Below are positions 1-12,292 of a stretch of DNA of 64,000 bases, piece by piece; within the stretch, counting starts at the first letter, position 1, and every line of letters begins with the position of its first letter. Origin of the DNA: the human T2T-CHM13v2.0 reference genome, Homo sapiens; NCBI RefSeq assembly GCF_009914755.1, contig NC_060927.1; one strand, written 5' to 3'. Both the position numbers and the translations under genes were made by a program. The notes under the pieces are model-generated. The model did not search any database. It was not told where the DNA came from and saw only the letters and a list, made by a program, of their open reading frames with translations.

Positions 1-971
1 AACAATTTTTTTCTGGTAAAACATAATTTGACTAATCTCATTTTTCTAATTTATTATAATCTCTCTGTTGTCACTAGTTGTGATTAAATGTCCATTAATA
101 AAATAAAATCAGCAATGGCAAAGGATACTATAATACTTACTGAAGCAGCAAAACCATCCTCTCAATAGTTATAGCCGTTTAGAATTTTGTCAAAATAATA
201 AAGCAAACAAAAATCGATTTGGCTTCCCAAATTGTATAGAATTTTATTAATCTCATGTTGCCTAATCTTAACAAGCAAGCTTAACTCTATGTCAAGACTG
301 ACCAAAGGAAAAAGAAATTAGAAAATATTTATAACTAAGTGCAGTCTCCATTTTCAATGTTATCATCCACTCCATTCTGTTTCCTCTGCTCACTTTAATT
401 ATTCAAAAATCACGACAACTTGAGTTATGAATTAAGAAGCGGAGGCTGACTGAAGTTTGCCCTTCAGAAACCTCATCTTCTTGGCATTCCCTCATCTATG
501 ACAACAATAATTAGACACCCAGTTACAACTCTTCAAGACTTCACTGATTTTTATAATATTTTTAACTTCTCATGAAACTTATGAGACCTGAAATTGGAAA
601 TGAAGAAGTAGCTAAGAATTTTCCTCCATTAGGATAATGGGACCCAAATAGTTCCCCTGGATGACCACCAAAGAGAACCACTTCATAAAACCAAGGTGAA
701 TAACATAACATCACCACCCATGAGGCGGTAAGGAGATACAGAGTTTTGATTTCCTGAGTTATAGGTTGTCTAAGGAAGCACAACTAAGTAGATTCAGAGA
801 AAAAAAGAAAGTCTTATTGACATATGAATTGACATATGAATATATTTTTTGAAACCAACTACAGATAGAAGGGCCATTTAAAATGTCATAATTGAATGGC
901 AAAAAATTAAAGACAAAGGAGGGAAAGCATAAAATTAAATTTAAATGATAAAAATAAATCTAAATATTGTA

Positions 972-1313
972 CAGTCATCATCCCCTGGTATCCATGAGTG
1001 ATTTGTTTCAGGACCTCACTTGGATACCAGAATTTGTTGATGCTCAAGTCCCTGAAATAAAATGGCTTAGCATTTTCATATAACCTATGCACATCCTCCC
1101 AAGTATATACTTTAAAGTACCACTATATTACTAATAATTTCTAGTACAATGTAATTGCTATGTAAATAGTTGTTATGCTGTATTGCTTAGGGAAAAATTA
1201 CAGGAAGAAAAACTTTGTATGCATTCAGTAGAGACACAATTTATTTCCAGTATTTTCAATTCATGTTCAGTTAAATCCATGGATGAGAACCCATGGATAC
1301 AGAGGGCCAACTG
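972..1313. mobile_element. MER2 (TcMar-Tigger non-autonomous DNA transposon), complete
   Basis: Ends CAGTCATC... and ...GGCCAACTG with TA on both sides (970-971, 1314-1315); body matches recalled MER2 consensus (GATGCTCAAGTCCC, ATAACCTATGCACATCCTCCC). Confidence 0.9.
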
Positions 1314-1331
1314 TATACAGTATACAAGAAC

Positions 1332-1717
1332 TGACTTAGTCCATTTTGTGTTGCTATAATAGAGTGCCACAACTGGGTAAAATTATTGTCAAAAAGAAAT
1401 GTATTTATCAAGTTTTGGACACCAGGAAGTCTAATATCAAGGTGTTAGCATCTGGCAATAGCCTTGTTGCTGTATCATCCCATGGTGGAAGGTAAGAGAA
1501 CAGGAGGGAAGAGGACCGAATTCATCCTTTTATGAAGAACCCATTTCCATGAAAACTCACCCACTCCCACTTAAAAAAAAAAATGGTGTTAACTCATTTA
1601 TAAGGGTGGAGCACTCATGACCAAATCACTTCTTAGAGGTCCCACTTATGAACACTGTTAATTTGGGGATTAACTCGCCAACACATAAACTGTAGCAGAC
1701 ACATTAAAAGTATAGCA
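1332..1717 (-). mobile_element. MaLR solo LTR, MSTD/MSTC-like
   Basis: Starts TGACTTAGTCCATTTTGTGTTGCTATAA and ends ...TATAGCA, matching the reverse complement of an MST-family LTR. Confidence 0.8.
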
Positions 1718-1965
1718 GAAACTGTACTTTTATATTTTTATATTGTGTATAACTTTTTTACTGTGAAAAGTCAAATATTTCTAATTAGATTTTTAAAATT
1801 CATACGCTTCTACCTTCAAATCAAAATCAAAAGTCAAATTGAAAATAATATATAAAAGTGTTGAGAAAATATATCTGTCAACCACTTAACAGTTAATGCT
1901 AGTATGGAAATATTCATGCCACATTATAATATTTATTACCTAAAAAGAATGAATATTACACAATT

Positions 1966-2313
1966 ATTACAAATTATTGGTTACCAATTACATAATTGTT
2001 ACCAATAACAATTATACCAATTACATAATTGTTACCAATAACAATTGGTAATAAGTTGTTTCTATTTATCATTAGAAATAATCTGTTACTAGGAATAGCT
2101 TTATTTACTAAAGATAATGAATATTACATAATTGTTACCAATAACAATTATGGTAAAAACAATTATTGTTAACAATTATGTAATATTCATTATCTTTAGT
2201 TAATAAATTGTTACCAATAACAATTGTTATATTCATTATCTTTAGTTAATAAATAAAGCTATTCCTAGTAACAAATTAGATTGTTTCTAATGATAAATAG
2301 AAACAACTTATTA
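1966..2313. repeat. Complex AT-rich palindrome with 26-bp hairpin repeat units
   Basis: Perfect inverted arms 2049-2078/2284-2313 (30 bp), 2084-2107/2250-2273 (24 bp) and 2107-2137/2170-2200 (31 bp); unit TTACATAATTGTTACCAATAACAATT at 1988, 2021 and 2124, partial at 2206. Confidence 0.95.
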
Positions 2314-2811
2314 GAAGACAATTCACCAATGGTCTCTTGAATTTTTGCACAGCTTACAGAGGTACTGAGAGCATTATTTCTCAACTATCTATCTTTTTAA
2401 AGAGGTTTGTATAGAAAACAGGTTTGGAAAACAGAGATACGCTATTTTTCCAGAGCAGAGGTAGGTTTGTTTACTGCTGAGTAGAATAAAAGTTAACAAC
2501 TCCCTCTACAGAAGAATTTGGATTTATTTGCTTGCAGCACATTATAAAAGACTAGGGTCTCTTAAGTTTGCAATTCTCTTATAACACATTTTAATGCTCA
2601 CGTAGGCATTATTGGGCCCTTGTAACATCACTGTATGGGAATTTGAGATCTGGGAACAGGCATAAGAATATGAAAATGTTGTGACTGCTGCTATTGTTGT
2701 GAATAATAAACTTTCCATTTGCTCTAAACCAGGAGTCTTGTGTCTTCTGGATTTTAACAACTTTTGAGCTTGCATGCAGAGTAAATTTTAGTTGCTTTAC
2801 AATTCTTGACA
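2308..2811 (+). mobile_element. ERV1 solo LTR, MER89-like
   Basis: 4-bp TSD CAAC (2304-2307/2812-2815), ends TTCTTGACA, AATAAA at ~2705, similar to recalled MER89 consensus; subfamily tentative. Confidence 0.75.
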
Positions 2812-3635
2812 CAACCAGTCAATAATACATTGCAGTAATAAACATATATGCACTCAATAATATAGCCTCGAAATATATATTGAAAATACTGACAGAATAT
2901 TAAGAAGCAACAGATAAATTATCAATCATAAAACTTAAATGTACATATCTCAGAAACTGATAGATCAAGCTGTTTAATACTTGCTAATGATTAATCAAAA
3001 AAATTCAAAGAAAGCCAAAGCTACTATACATGTTCATGGTTATGTATTCATGTAATCAACAATGTTGAAGTGCATGTGGATATTTACAAATATTTGCCAC
3101 ATACTACATTGCATAGAAAATTTAAAACAAAACTAAATGAATTTAAACCATGCATACTGCACTGAATCTCCATGTAATTAATTTTCCAACAATTAAAAGC
3201 TTGTAAAAATGGAATTTTAAAAGAATGACAATTTTTAAATGCTTAGAATTAAGTAATAAGCAAATTCTGCATCAAAGAACTTGTGACACAGTTTAAGTGA
3301 TACTTAAAAATATATTTGCAGTCTTTCTTTAAAAAATGATTGCTTATTTGGCAACTATTCAAGAGCCTAGATTAATGACATAAAAGTAAGGGAAAGGTAC
3401 ACAAAAAGAAGAGAATACACAAACAGCAAATTTTAATATTCAATAAACAGAAGAATGAAAAAAATAAGCATTTAAATATGATTATTTGAAACTTGTAAGA
3501 AAATAAATTTTTAAATGGAATTCAGTATAAACATAGAGAGATTAGTACATCAATATTTTTAAAAGATGTGTAAGTGATGAACACTTTTATATCAATGAAT
3601 TTGACACTTTTGACAAAACAAAAATTTTTCCAGAA

Positions 3636-4095
3636 TAGTAGTTTTCAAACATTTTGGTTTCAGGAACTCTATGATTTTAAAAATTGAGGACCTCAAAGAG
3701 CTTGTATTTATGCAGGCTTATATATCAACATTTATCACTTAAAAATTAAAGCAATGTTAAAATGTGCCTTTATTAATATATTTTAAAATATAACAATAAC
3801 AAGCTCACTGCATGCTAATATAAATATAAACTACATGAGATAACTATAGCAAAAGAAACAAAAAAGTAGAATAGTGCATGTTTCTTTAAACTTTCGCTTG
3901 ATACTACATTAAATCTGCTACAATACCACTCTTTCATCTCTGAAATTCTGAAACCTTTCACTATACACTTGTGAAAAAATGAGAGTAAAAACAATAATAT
4001 TTCAGTATAGTGTAATTACACAACTGTTTTTTACTTCATGAACTCCCTGAAAGTTTCTCCAGGAACCACAGGAGTTTTTAGACCATAATTTGAGA
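3636..4095. mobile_element. hAT-Charlie element (Charlie1-like deletion derivative)
   Basis: TAGTAGTTTTCAAACATTTTGGTTTCAGGA...GAGGACCTCAAAGAGC at one end and GACCATAATTTGAGA at the other resemble Charlie1 termini. Confidence 0.7.
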
Positions 4096-5031
4096 CAAGA
4101 TCTTTTATTAAAAAAATAGAAACAAATTTGAATCAAGAAAAAATAGAAAACATTACTAAATCTGTCACCATTAAAGTACAAAGTCAGCAATTAAAACCTT
4201 GGGCCAATCCCACTCACAAAAGGAATGGGAACAGGGAATACACTGCATCTAGACAAATTTTACCAATCTATCAAGGACAGGTAATCCAAAACTTGCAGCA
4301 AATAGAAAAAAAAGGAAAGTAAGGACCCTATGTGCTTCATCCTAACTCAGGCAAGTTATTTTTAAAGAAAGCAAATTTCAGCTATCTCACTACTAGACCT
4401 GGTAATTCATTGGGGTTGCTGAATACAAGATCGTCATATAAAAATGAAAAGCTTTCACATATACCACCGATTTTCTCTATTTCAGTATTGAACAGGAAAA
4501 AAGAATACCATTTATAAAGGCAATATAAAATTTAGGCTATCTGGGTAGAAACCTAACAAAGAGTGCCCTTTTATAAAGAAAATTAAAACACATTGTTAAA
4601 GGATATAAATATCTGAAAAAAGTACTATGTTCTACTATGGGAGGACTTTATATTTTAAATCACAATCAATTCTTGGCAGATTATTTCACGCATTATTGCA
4701 TTTACATTCGCCTTTCAACTTTATTTTTATTCAACAAAACTTTTTACAAACTTATTTCTAAAAGCCTGCTGTTCAATGTCAAAATCTACATGCTTTAGAT
4801 AAAATTCAGAATCTAGGTCCCATTCCAGACCTACTAAATCACCTAGATCACAGGTGCATTTAAAACACTCTCAAAAAAAAAAAGGAGGACCCTTGACCTA
4901 CCAGATACCAGGACTCACTATTACCAGGATGGCAGTCAAGGTAAAGTGGCCTTGATGTACTACATAGATGAACAATAAACCAAAATTGACTAATTGACCA
5001 AAATAGACAATTGGAATAACCCTATTTTACA

Positions 5032-5389
5032 TATAGTCCATTTTCACGCTGCTGATAAATACATACCTGAGACTGGGTAACTTCTAAAGAAAAATAGGTT
5101 TCATGGACTCACAGTTCCACGTGGTTGGGAGGCCTCAAGATCATGGTGGAAGGCAAAAGGCCCGTCTTACATGGTGGCAGACAAGACAGAATGAGAGCCA
5201 AATGAAAGGGGAAACCCCTTATAAACTCATCAGACCTCGTGAGACTTACTCACTACCACAAGAATTGTATGGGGGAAACTGCAGCCATGATTCAATTATC
5301 TCCCACAGAGTCCCTCCCACAACCCATGGGAATTATGGGAGCTACAATTGAAGATGAGGTTTGGGTGGGGACACAGCCAAACCATATCA
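5032..5389 (-). mobile_element. THE1B-like MaLR solo LTR
   Basis: TAGTCCATTTTCACGCTGCTGATAAA...GGGACACAGCCAAACCATATCA. Confidence 0.9.
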
Positions 5390-6166
5390 CATAGCATCAT
5401 GGTATGGCATCATGGTAAAAGATATATGAAGCATTAAAAATCAGTGGTGACAGAGTCATCCCTTCAGTAAATGTTTTTGGATCAATGTATTCTCATTTCA
5501 TAGATGCATATATTTTTATATATACTATATGGGTCAAATGCCATAAGTAATTATAAGTAATTACATAAATAATAGCAATTGTTTATGAGCTTGGTAGAAG
5601 GCAGGAATACTATATGTCTTACTCAGCTCAGGATGCCATAACAAAATACCATCTATTGGGTGGCTTAGACAATAGAAATTTCTTTTTCTCATGGTACTGT
5701 AGGCAAGAAGTTCAAGATGAAAGTTTCGGCTGATTCAGTTTTTTGATGAGGGCTGTCTTCCTGGCTTGCACACAGCCACTTCGGCTTCACATGACCTTTC
5801 CTCTTAGCCCAAGTAGGAGAAGAAGGGAAGAGAGAAAAAGAGAGAGAGAGAGAGCGAGAGAGAGAAAGGTCTCTTCCTCTTACTATAAGGCCACTGATCC
5901 TATCAAATTATGTTCCCACCTGGTTTAGACTGAATTTTTTTTCTTCCCAAAATTCATATGTTGAAGTCCTTACCCCTAAATAACAGTGACTTTTATTTGT
6001 AGATAGGGCATTTACAAAAATAGTTAAGATTAAACGAGTCCATAAGAGCTGCACCCTAATCTGACAGAACTAGTGTCCCTATAAGTGACATCAGAGAGCT
6101 CGACCTCTCTCTGCCTGTGAACAAGAGGTCATGTGAGGAGCGCACAGTGAGATGTAAGCCACCTAC

Positions 6167-6625
6167 TGTTAAAGGGAAAAAAATTATTCAATGGTACTTG
6201 TTAAAACATGGTAAGGAAGACTTCATTAAGGACCATCACAATAGATACAGTGACCACTGCAATAGGGTGTGGGAAAGATTAGGCTCAACGCTGAATATAG
6301 TATTGGCAAATGGGAATTTATAGTCGAAGAGCCGTGTGGGTGTCAGTAGATGGGAAATTGCTAAGAGGAAATATCAGGGGTGAACTGGATTCTGGCTTAA
6401 CCAACTAAACAGGATTCTTGCCGAAGACAGGCCAGGGTAATCAGACATCATCTGGGATGATGGTGGAGGATAAGGAACCTAATCAGATACTGAAGATGGG
6501 GGATTAGCTAAACTGATTTAGCAGGGTTCTTTGCTAAAACTGAATTGTACAAGGAAGTGCAAAGGTGGACCTAGGAGAAGCTCAGAAGACTAATTAAAAT
6601 TTGGACAAGCAAAAAGTCTTTATCA
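6167..6625 (-). mobile_element. ERV1 solo LTR, MER31-like
   Basis: TG...CA termini; right end TTTGGACAAGCAAAAAGTCTTTATCA is the reverse complement of the recalled MER31 start; degenerate 4-bp TSD CTAC/CCGC. Confidence 0.75.
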
Positions 6626-6693
6626 CCGCAAGCCAAGAGGAGAGGCGTCAGAATATACCCTATCTTGCCATCCGCTTGATCCTGGGCTTTCCA

Positions 6694-7341
6694 GGTTCCT
6701 TCTGGTGGGTTCTTGGTCTCACTGACTTTAAGAATGAAGCCGCGGACCCTCACGGTGAGTGTTACAGTTCTTAAAGATGGTGTGTCCGGAGATTGTTCGT
6801 TCAGATGTGTCCAGAGTTTCTTCCTTCCAGTGGGTTTGTGCTCTCGCTGACTTCAGGAGTGAAGCCGCAGACCTTCACAGTGTTACGGCTCTTAAAGGTG
6901 GCGCGTCTGGAGTTGTTTGTTCCTCCCGGTGCGTTTGTGGTTTCGCTGACTTCAGGAGTGAAGCTGCAGACCTTCGTAGTGAGTGTTACAGCTCGTAAAG
7001 GGACCCAGAGTGTGCTGTGGCAAGATTTATTATGAAGGGCAAAAGAACAAAGCTTCCACAACAGGGAAGGGGACCCCAGTGGGTTGCTGCTGCTGGCTTG
7101 GGTGGCCAGCGTTTATTCCCTTATTTGGCCCCATCCTGCTGATTGGTCCATTTTACAGAGTGCTGATTGGTCCATTTTACAGACTGCTGATTGGTTTGCT
7201 TTTACAGAGTGCTGACTGGTGCATTTACAAACCTTTAGCTAGACAGAGAGAGCTGATGGGTGTGTTTACAATCCTTTAGCTAGACAAAAAAGTTCTCCAA
7301 GTCGCCACCTGACCCAGAAGCCCAGCCGGCTTCACCTCTCA
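6694..7341 (-). mobile_element. LTR12 (ERV9) solo LTR lacking the last ~13 nt of its 3' (U5) end
   Basis: Minus strand starts TGAGAGGTGAAGCCGGCTGGGCTTCTGGGTC; 24-bp CCAAT repeats (7141, 7165, 7189); U5 repeats CTGTAACACTCAC/GGCTTCACTCCTGAAGTCAGCGAGA; terminal ...AATTCCGGACACA absent. Confidence 0.93.
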
Positions 7342-8949
7342 AGAATGTACCCTATCTTGCCATCCCTTTGATCTTGGGCTTTCCAGCTTCCAGAATTGTG
7401 GTAAACTTTTGTTGTTTAAGCCACTAGGTCTGTGGTATTTTGTTATAGCAGCCTGAGCAGATTAAATCACCATTGTTTTCACCTCATTTAATCTTAATTA
7501 CCTCCCAGAGGTCCTCCTATGTCTTAATATAGTCACATTAAAGGTTAGGGATTTAACATATGAATTTAAAGAGAAAACAATTCAGTCTGTAGCACTCTAC
7601 AAGACACAAAGCATACAAAGCAAAACCAGAAGATTGGCTAAATATGATGGCATTAAAAATTTTCCATTTGACAAGTATACTGTAAACAAAACTAGAGTAC
7701 TAGCCATAGACTTGGAGGACATAACTTGATCATTTATAATAAATGAAAAGATACTGAGAAAATATAAGTAACTGCTACAAATCAATAATGAAAGAAATAG
7801 CTCAAAAGGAAATATGTGCAAAGGGTATAAACAGGAATTAGTATACAAGGAAGCACAATGGCCAATAAACATATGAAAAGGCTCACAACCTTTTTGCATT
7901 TCTGTAGGGAAATGCAAATTTTGAAAAATGAGATTCTTTTCATATTCAGGTGATTAGCAAAGTAAAAATGAATCTGGCCATATTAAGTATTTGTTGGATG
8001 TTGGGAAAAGAAAACTCCCATACACCTTTTGTTGAATGGTATATTGGTAAAATCATTCAGGATAAAAGTTTCAATCTTTATAGGATAATTGAACACATGC
8101 ATAGTCTGTGATAGAACCATTACACTTTTATTATATACCCTACTGAAATTCTCTCACCTATAAAGAAGACATGCAGAGCTATAAGCCCTGACATAATTTT
8201 TGGAGCGAAAAATTGAAACTAATCCAAACATCTCCATCAGTAGAGAAATAGATACATAAATTGTGGTCTCTTTATACAATGGAATACTACAGAGCATTTA
8301 AAAGAAGCCATGTAGACTCTCTGTAAGCCAACATGAATATGCTTAAATGCAGAATGTTGAATAAAAAAAAAAAGCAAGTCATGGCATCATACCTAGAACA
8401 AGATAAATTTTATATAACTTCTGTGATGGGGAAGGCATTAAGGATAATAAAAACCAAGAGTGTGAATTACCTACTCCATTCCTGCTTTCAAGGACAATCT
8501 TGAAATTTTATATTTTATTATTTAAGAGAAAAGCTTTCTGGGTAAATACAAAAGGAGTGGTGGAAGTGAGGATAATATATCTACACTAGTCTCAGATTAG
8601 CTTTTCTTGGCTGCCTGGAATATAACCACATCACTTATGCATAATAGAGATGTACAGGTAGTCCAGTTGCTGACCTCAAGACTAATGGAATTCAGAGAGC
8701 AAAGGCCAATAGGGTGTGCTGACCCCTCTCCCGTTAGTTAGACACATTTAATCACACTGAAGGCACGCTCTGATAGGTATAACCTTTCAGAACTCCCATC
8801 CCTAGATATGTCTGTGATGATCTGGTCCTTCCAAATGGACCATCTCATATATTATACTTGACCCTCATGATTTAATGAGGTGTTTCCTGAATATAAAGTA
8901 CTTTCAGAGAGGTATTAATTCTTCAGAGCCCTAGAAAAGCCTTGAAATG

Positions 8950-9233
8950 GAGGCTAGGATTGATTGGTTTGTGGTTGGCCAGGTGGTTGAGCAAGAGGGA
9001 GAATCCCATGGCGACCAGGTAAATAGACCGGATCTGCTCTCAGCAGCTGCAGCAACTAGGGAAGTGACTATATAACAGGCTCCTCAACCTGCTGCTCTGG
9101 CTCCCTGCCAACTCCAGGGAACTAGAACAACTTTCAAGTAATGGAAATCTCCCCAGCTTGTTGGAGGAGCTATTTACATTTTAAACAGCCTACTCTACCC
9201 CTCCCCAACCAGTAGCTTTGTAAACAAGTGAGT
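8950..9233 (+). promoter_or_regulatory. Candidate promoter / first exon (motile-cilia or germline type)
   Basis: Unique, GC-enriched island with inverted CCAAT 8963-8967, RFX-like CCATGGCGAC 9006-9015, forkhead GTAAATA 9019-9025, TATTTAC 9171-9177 and TGTAAACA 9219-9226, E-box CAGCTG 9044, ETS GGAAGT 9060, TATATAA 9069-9075, and donor CAA|GTGAGT at 9227/9228. Confidence 0.45.
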
Positions 9234-10167
9234 CTGAAGGAGACCAGTGAGAATAGATGAGTGTTTCCTCTGATAGGTATTGTCTTTATTTCAAGTCTCA
9301 AGGCCTCTTCCAGGCCATATTATTACCAATTACTCTTCTAATGCAAATCTTTAATCATAGCCATCTATATAACTAAAACACCTCTGACATGTCCAAATTT
9401 AAGCCTAGCATTCTGCATACCACCTGGTCACACAACTCATTTTTAGCCTGCCACTATGTTCCTATCAACCCTGATTCCTCTTACAGCACCAATAATAACA
9501 TATTATGCAGATGTCTGGAATTCGTTTAAGTTCTAATTGACAGAATACTTGAACTTGCCTGAAAAGATAAACACTAAATAAACGGTATTTATACCTTTAT
9601 CTGCTGTTGGCATTTCTGTAAATGTTTAGAAGAGAAAAATTTCAATCACTGAATAATTTTTTATGTAAATGATAAAGGCTAGTTTTTTGTTTAATTTCAA
9701 ATATTAGTTTGAAAAGCTTTCATTAAAAAATTCAAACCTTTATACTAAACCAATTGTATTTATTTTCTTAATAATTGAATATACAATGTTAGTAACAGGG
9801 TTTTAAAAATATATATTAAATATTTGAAAATTTAACACAAAAAAGATTGTTGAAATTTATGTTTTATGTTTATAATAATGAATAGTTTTGTATTGGTTTT
9901 TGTCACATATATTGCTTATCCATAATTTTAGACGACTCTATCAAATTATGCAAAAATAGTTGCATCAAACAAATTTGAGGAAATGTAAGAAAGAAGCCAT
10001 AACCTAATGGCCTTTTTTTTCTAACTTCTTAAGATTATTTTATTGAAAGAAATACTGCCTTGTTATGGTGTCACTGAGAGGAAATGTCAATAAACTTCAT
10101 AGGAACTTTTATTTTGCCTATACCTGAAGAAATTTGCCAAACATTAGAAATTACTCTTGATTTATAA

Positions 10168-10466
<299 letters not shown>

Positions 10467-10996
10467 ATCATGAATGCCATTAGCATTTCTTAAACATTAT
10501 AATTTATTATTTTCGCTTCACTTAAACATCACCTATCTTGCTTTTCTAAAATAAAAATATAAATAACATTACCCTAATACCATAATTTTCCTCTGCCTTC
10601 TCTGTTTTAAAAAATTCATACTAAATAGAACCAAAGTAATAACATGTTTTCTATATTGTGAACATTTAACAGGAATTTTACATCTTTCTGACAAATATAT
10701 TGCCTCTAAATATAAACTTTAAATCTTTTACTTTTATGCTGCATGGTACAGAGAACTTAAAATGCTATACCCCATTGCTGCCAGACTGATTTGTTTTGAA
10801 CATTTTACTATTAGAGCTGTATTTGCAAATTTGGACTCTTACGTTCTACTTCTTGTTTGTTTTCAGATGTTGAGGGCTTTTTCTTTAATATTAACCATCA
10901 TTAAGAGCTAAAAATAAAAAAACCCTACTCTGTGTTTTGCCCAATTATAGAAACTACTTTTCTTAATAATATTGTAGTCTAATAGGAGAACTATTA

Positions 10997-11002
<6 letters not shown>

Positions 11003-11052
<50 letters not shown>
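11003..11052. repeat. Compound microsatellite (TG)n(TA)n
   Basis: Direct reading. Confidence 0.95.
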
Positions 11053-11057
<5 letters not shown>

Positions 11058-11864
11058 GACAATTTAATAGAATTAAATGATATAAGCTTGTATTTCAAAA
11101 CAAGAATGGGTCAATTGATCTAATTAAAAGCTTCAGCCTGAACCCTTCCTGTGCAAAGTGTTTTTATAAAATAACTGGGAAAGATTGTTACAATATAATT
11201 ATAGAAACAGGATTAGGTCCAAGGTGGCAAAATAAGTTAAGCATCTTCCATTCCTGACATAAAATATTAAGAACCAAAGTGTATACACATGAAATTAACA
11301 TTAATTTGACAGAAGGGAAAGTGAAGTTTTCAAGAAGAAAAAGCTTATGGATAGATCTTAAAAGATTAGTACTACAGATAAAAAGAAAGTAACCCAGGGG
11401 AAGGAATGGTAAAACTTCAGAGACTCAACTAAGCATAGTTGATTTAAAGAGGTGTGGGCTAGAGATCTGGTTAAAGCAGATTTACATTGGGTACCACTAG
11501 GAGATAAACCCTAGATAGGAATTTTAGAAAAAGATTAAAAGCCAGATGTGAACATTTGAGTTTATCTTATATAAAAGGTCAATATATGAATAAATGAAAA
11601 ATAACTACAAAACATTTATAATGATCATTTGAAGGAGAATAAAATAGAAGAAAGGAGACCACTTGGAAACGATATGGCCATTAAAAGTGTTAGCTAACTA
11701 GGAATAGAATTAGGGTTATGGCCCTGAAAATGGAAAATAATTAGTACATTACTATTGTTTTCTGCCTTTTATCTGGGAAATTATGTTTAATGTCTGAAAA
11801 AAATTACTGATTTGACATGAGTGTAGAACATGGAATTTTGTATTTAAAATAAACATTTGTGATT

Positions 11865-12292
11865 ATGACATTAAGGGCATTGTTAGCTGCTATAATAAAC
11901 TCAACTGTTTTATGGACTATATACCACAGATTACTATTTTACACTCAGGTTAAATAACTGCTTAGATGTTGCTGGTGGGTGAATGGCTTTCTTCCACATG
12001 GTAATTCAGAGAAATGAGCTGTTTCATCTTTTAGCTGTATTCCCCACTACAGCCTTGAAGTTCTCTAAATTCATCCAGAAAATAAATAAAGGAAATGTGG
12101 AAGGGACACATTTTCTTCTTGAACTTCAGCTCAGAAGTGATATAAATGACTTTCAACTATATTGCAATGGAATGTGCCCTAGATGCAAGTATGGAAAATA
12201 TAGTCTCTGATTGGGTAGCTACTTCTCTGCAACAACTCTCTCTATGTGAAAAAGGGTGTATGATTGTGGTGGCTACCATTTCATCACTACTA
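11865..12292 (-). mobile_element. Old MaLR LTR (MLT1J/K-like)
   Basis: TTAGCTGCTATAATAAAC, CTTCCACATGGTAATTCAG, CAGAAGTGATATA and TGGGTAGCTACTTCTCTGCAACAACTCT resemble MLT1K. Confidence 0.6.

Larger units (their letters stand above)
5921..7469 (+). mobile_element. MLT1A-like MaLR LTR inside MLT1B, itself split by MER31 and LTR12
   Basis: CCCAAAATTCATATGTTGAAGTCCT...; ends TGTGGTATTTTGTTATAGCAGCCTGAGCAGATTAAATCA; degenerate TSD CCACC/CCATT. Confidence 0.8.
5615..7594 (-). mobile_element. MLT1B-like MaLR LTR split (5615-5920 + 7470-7594) by a nested insertion
   Basis: TGTCTTACTCAGCTCAGGATGCCATAACAAAATACC...; resumes ACCTCATTTAATCTTAATTACCTC...TTCAGTCTGTAGCA; TSD CTATA/CTCTA. Confidence 0.8.
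1840..8420 (+). mobile_element. Ancient L1M (L1ME-like) LINE, fragmented by many later insertions; boundaries approximate
   Basis: Degenerate A-rich ORF2-like segments (e.g. 2830-2970 endonuclease-like AAACATATATGCAC...GACAGAA; 7600-8400 3' end ...AAACATATGAAAAGGCTCA, ATGGAATACTACAGAGCA) that resume after each insertion. Confidence 0.65.

Noticed and set aside
1988-2225. 26-bp hairpin repeats as a CRISPR-like array
   Set aside because: Spacing is irregular and the intervening sequences are inverted copies of neighbouring DNA, not unique spacers.
6571-7279. Cluster of overlapping ORFs and 24-bp repeats
   Set aside because: All lie within LTR12; the repeats are its normal U3/U5 tandem units.
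9008-9018. ATGGCGACCAG|GTAAAT as a coding first exon (MAT...)
   Set aside because: It overlaps the RFX-like and forkhead motifs and lies upstream of the TATA-like box; better explained as promoter sequence, though not excluded.
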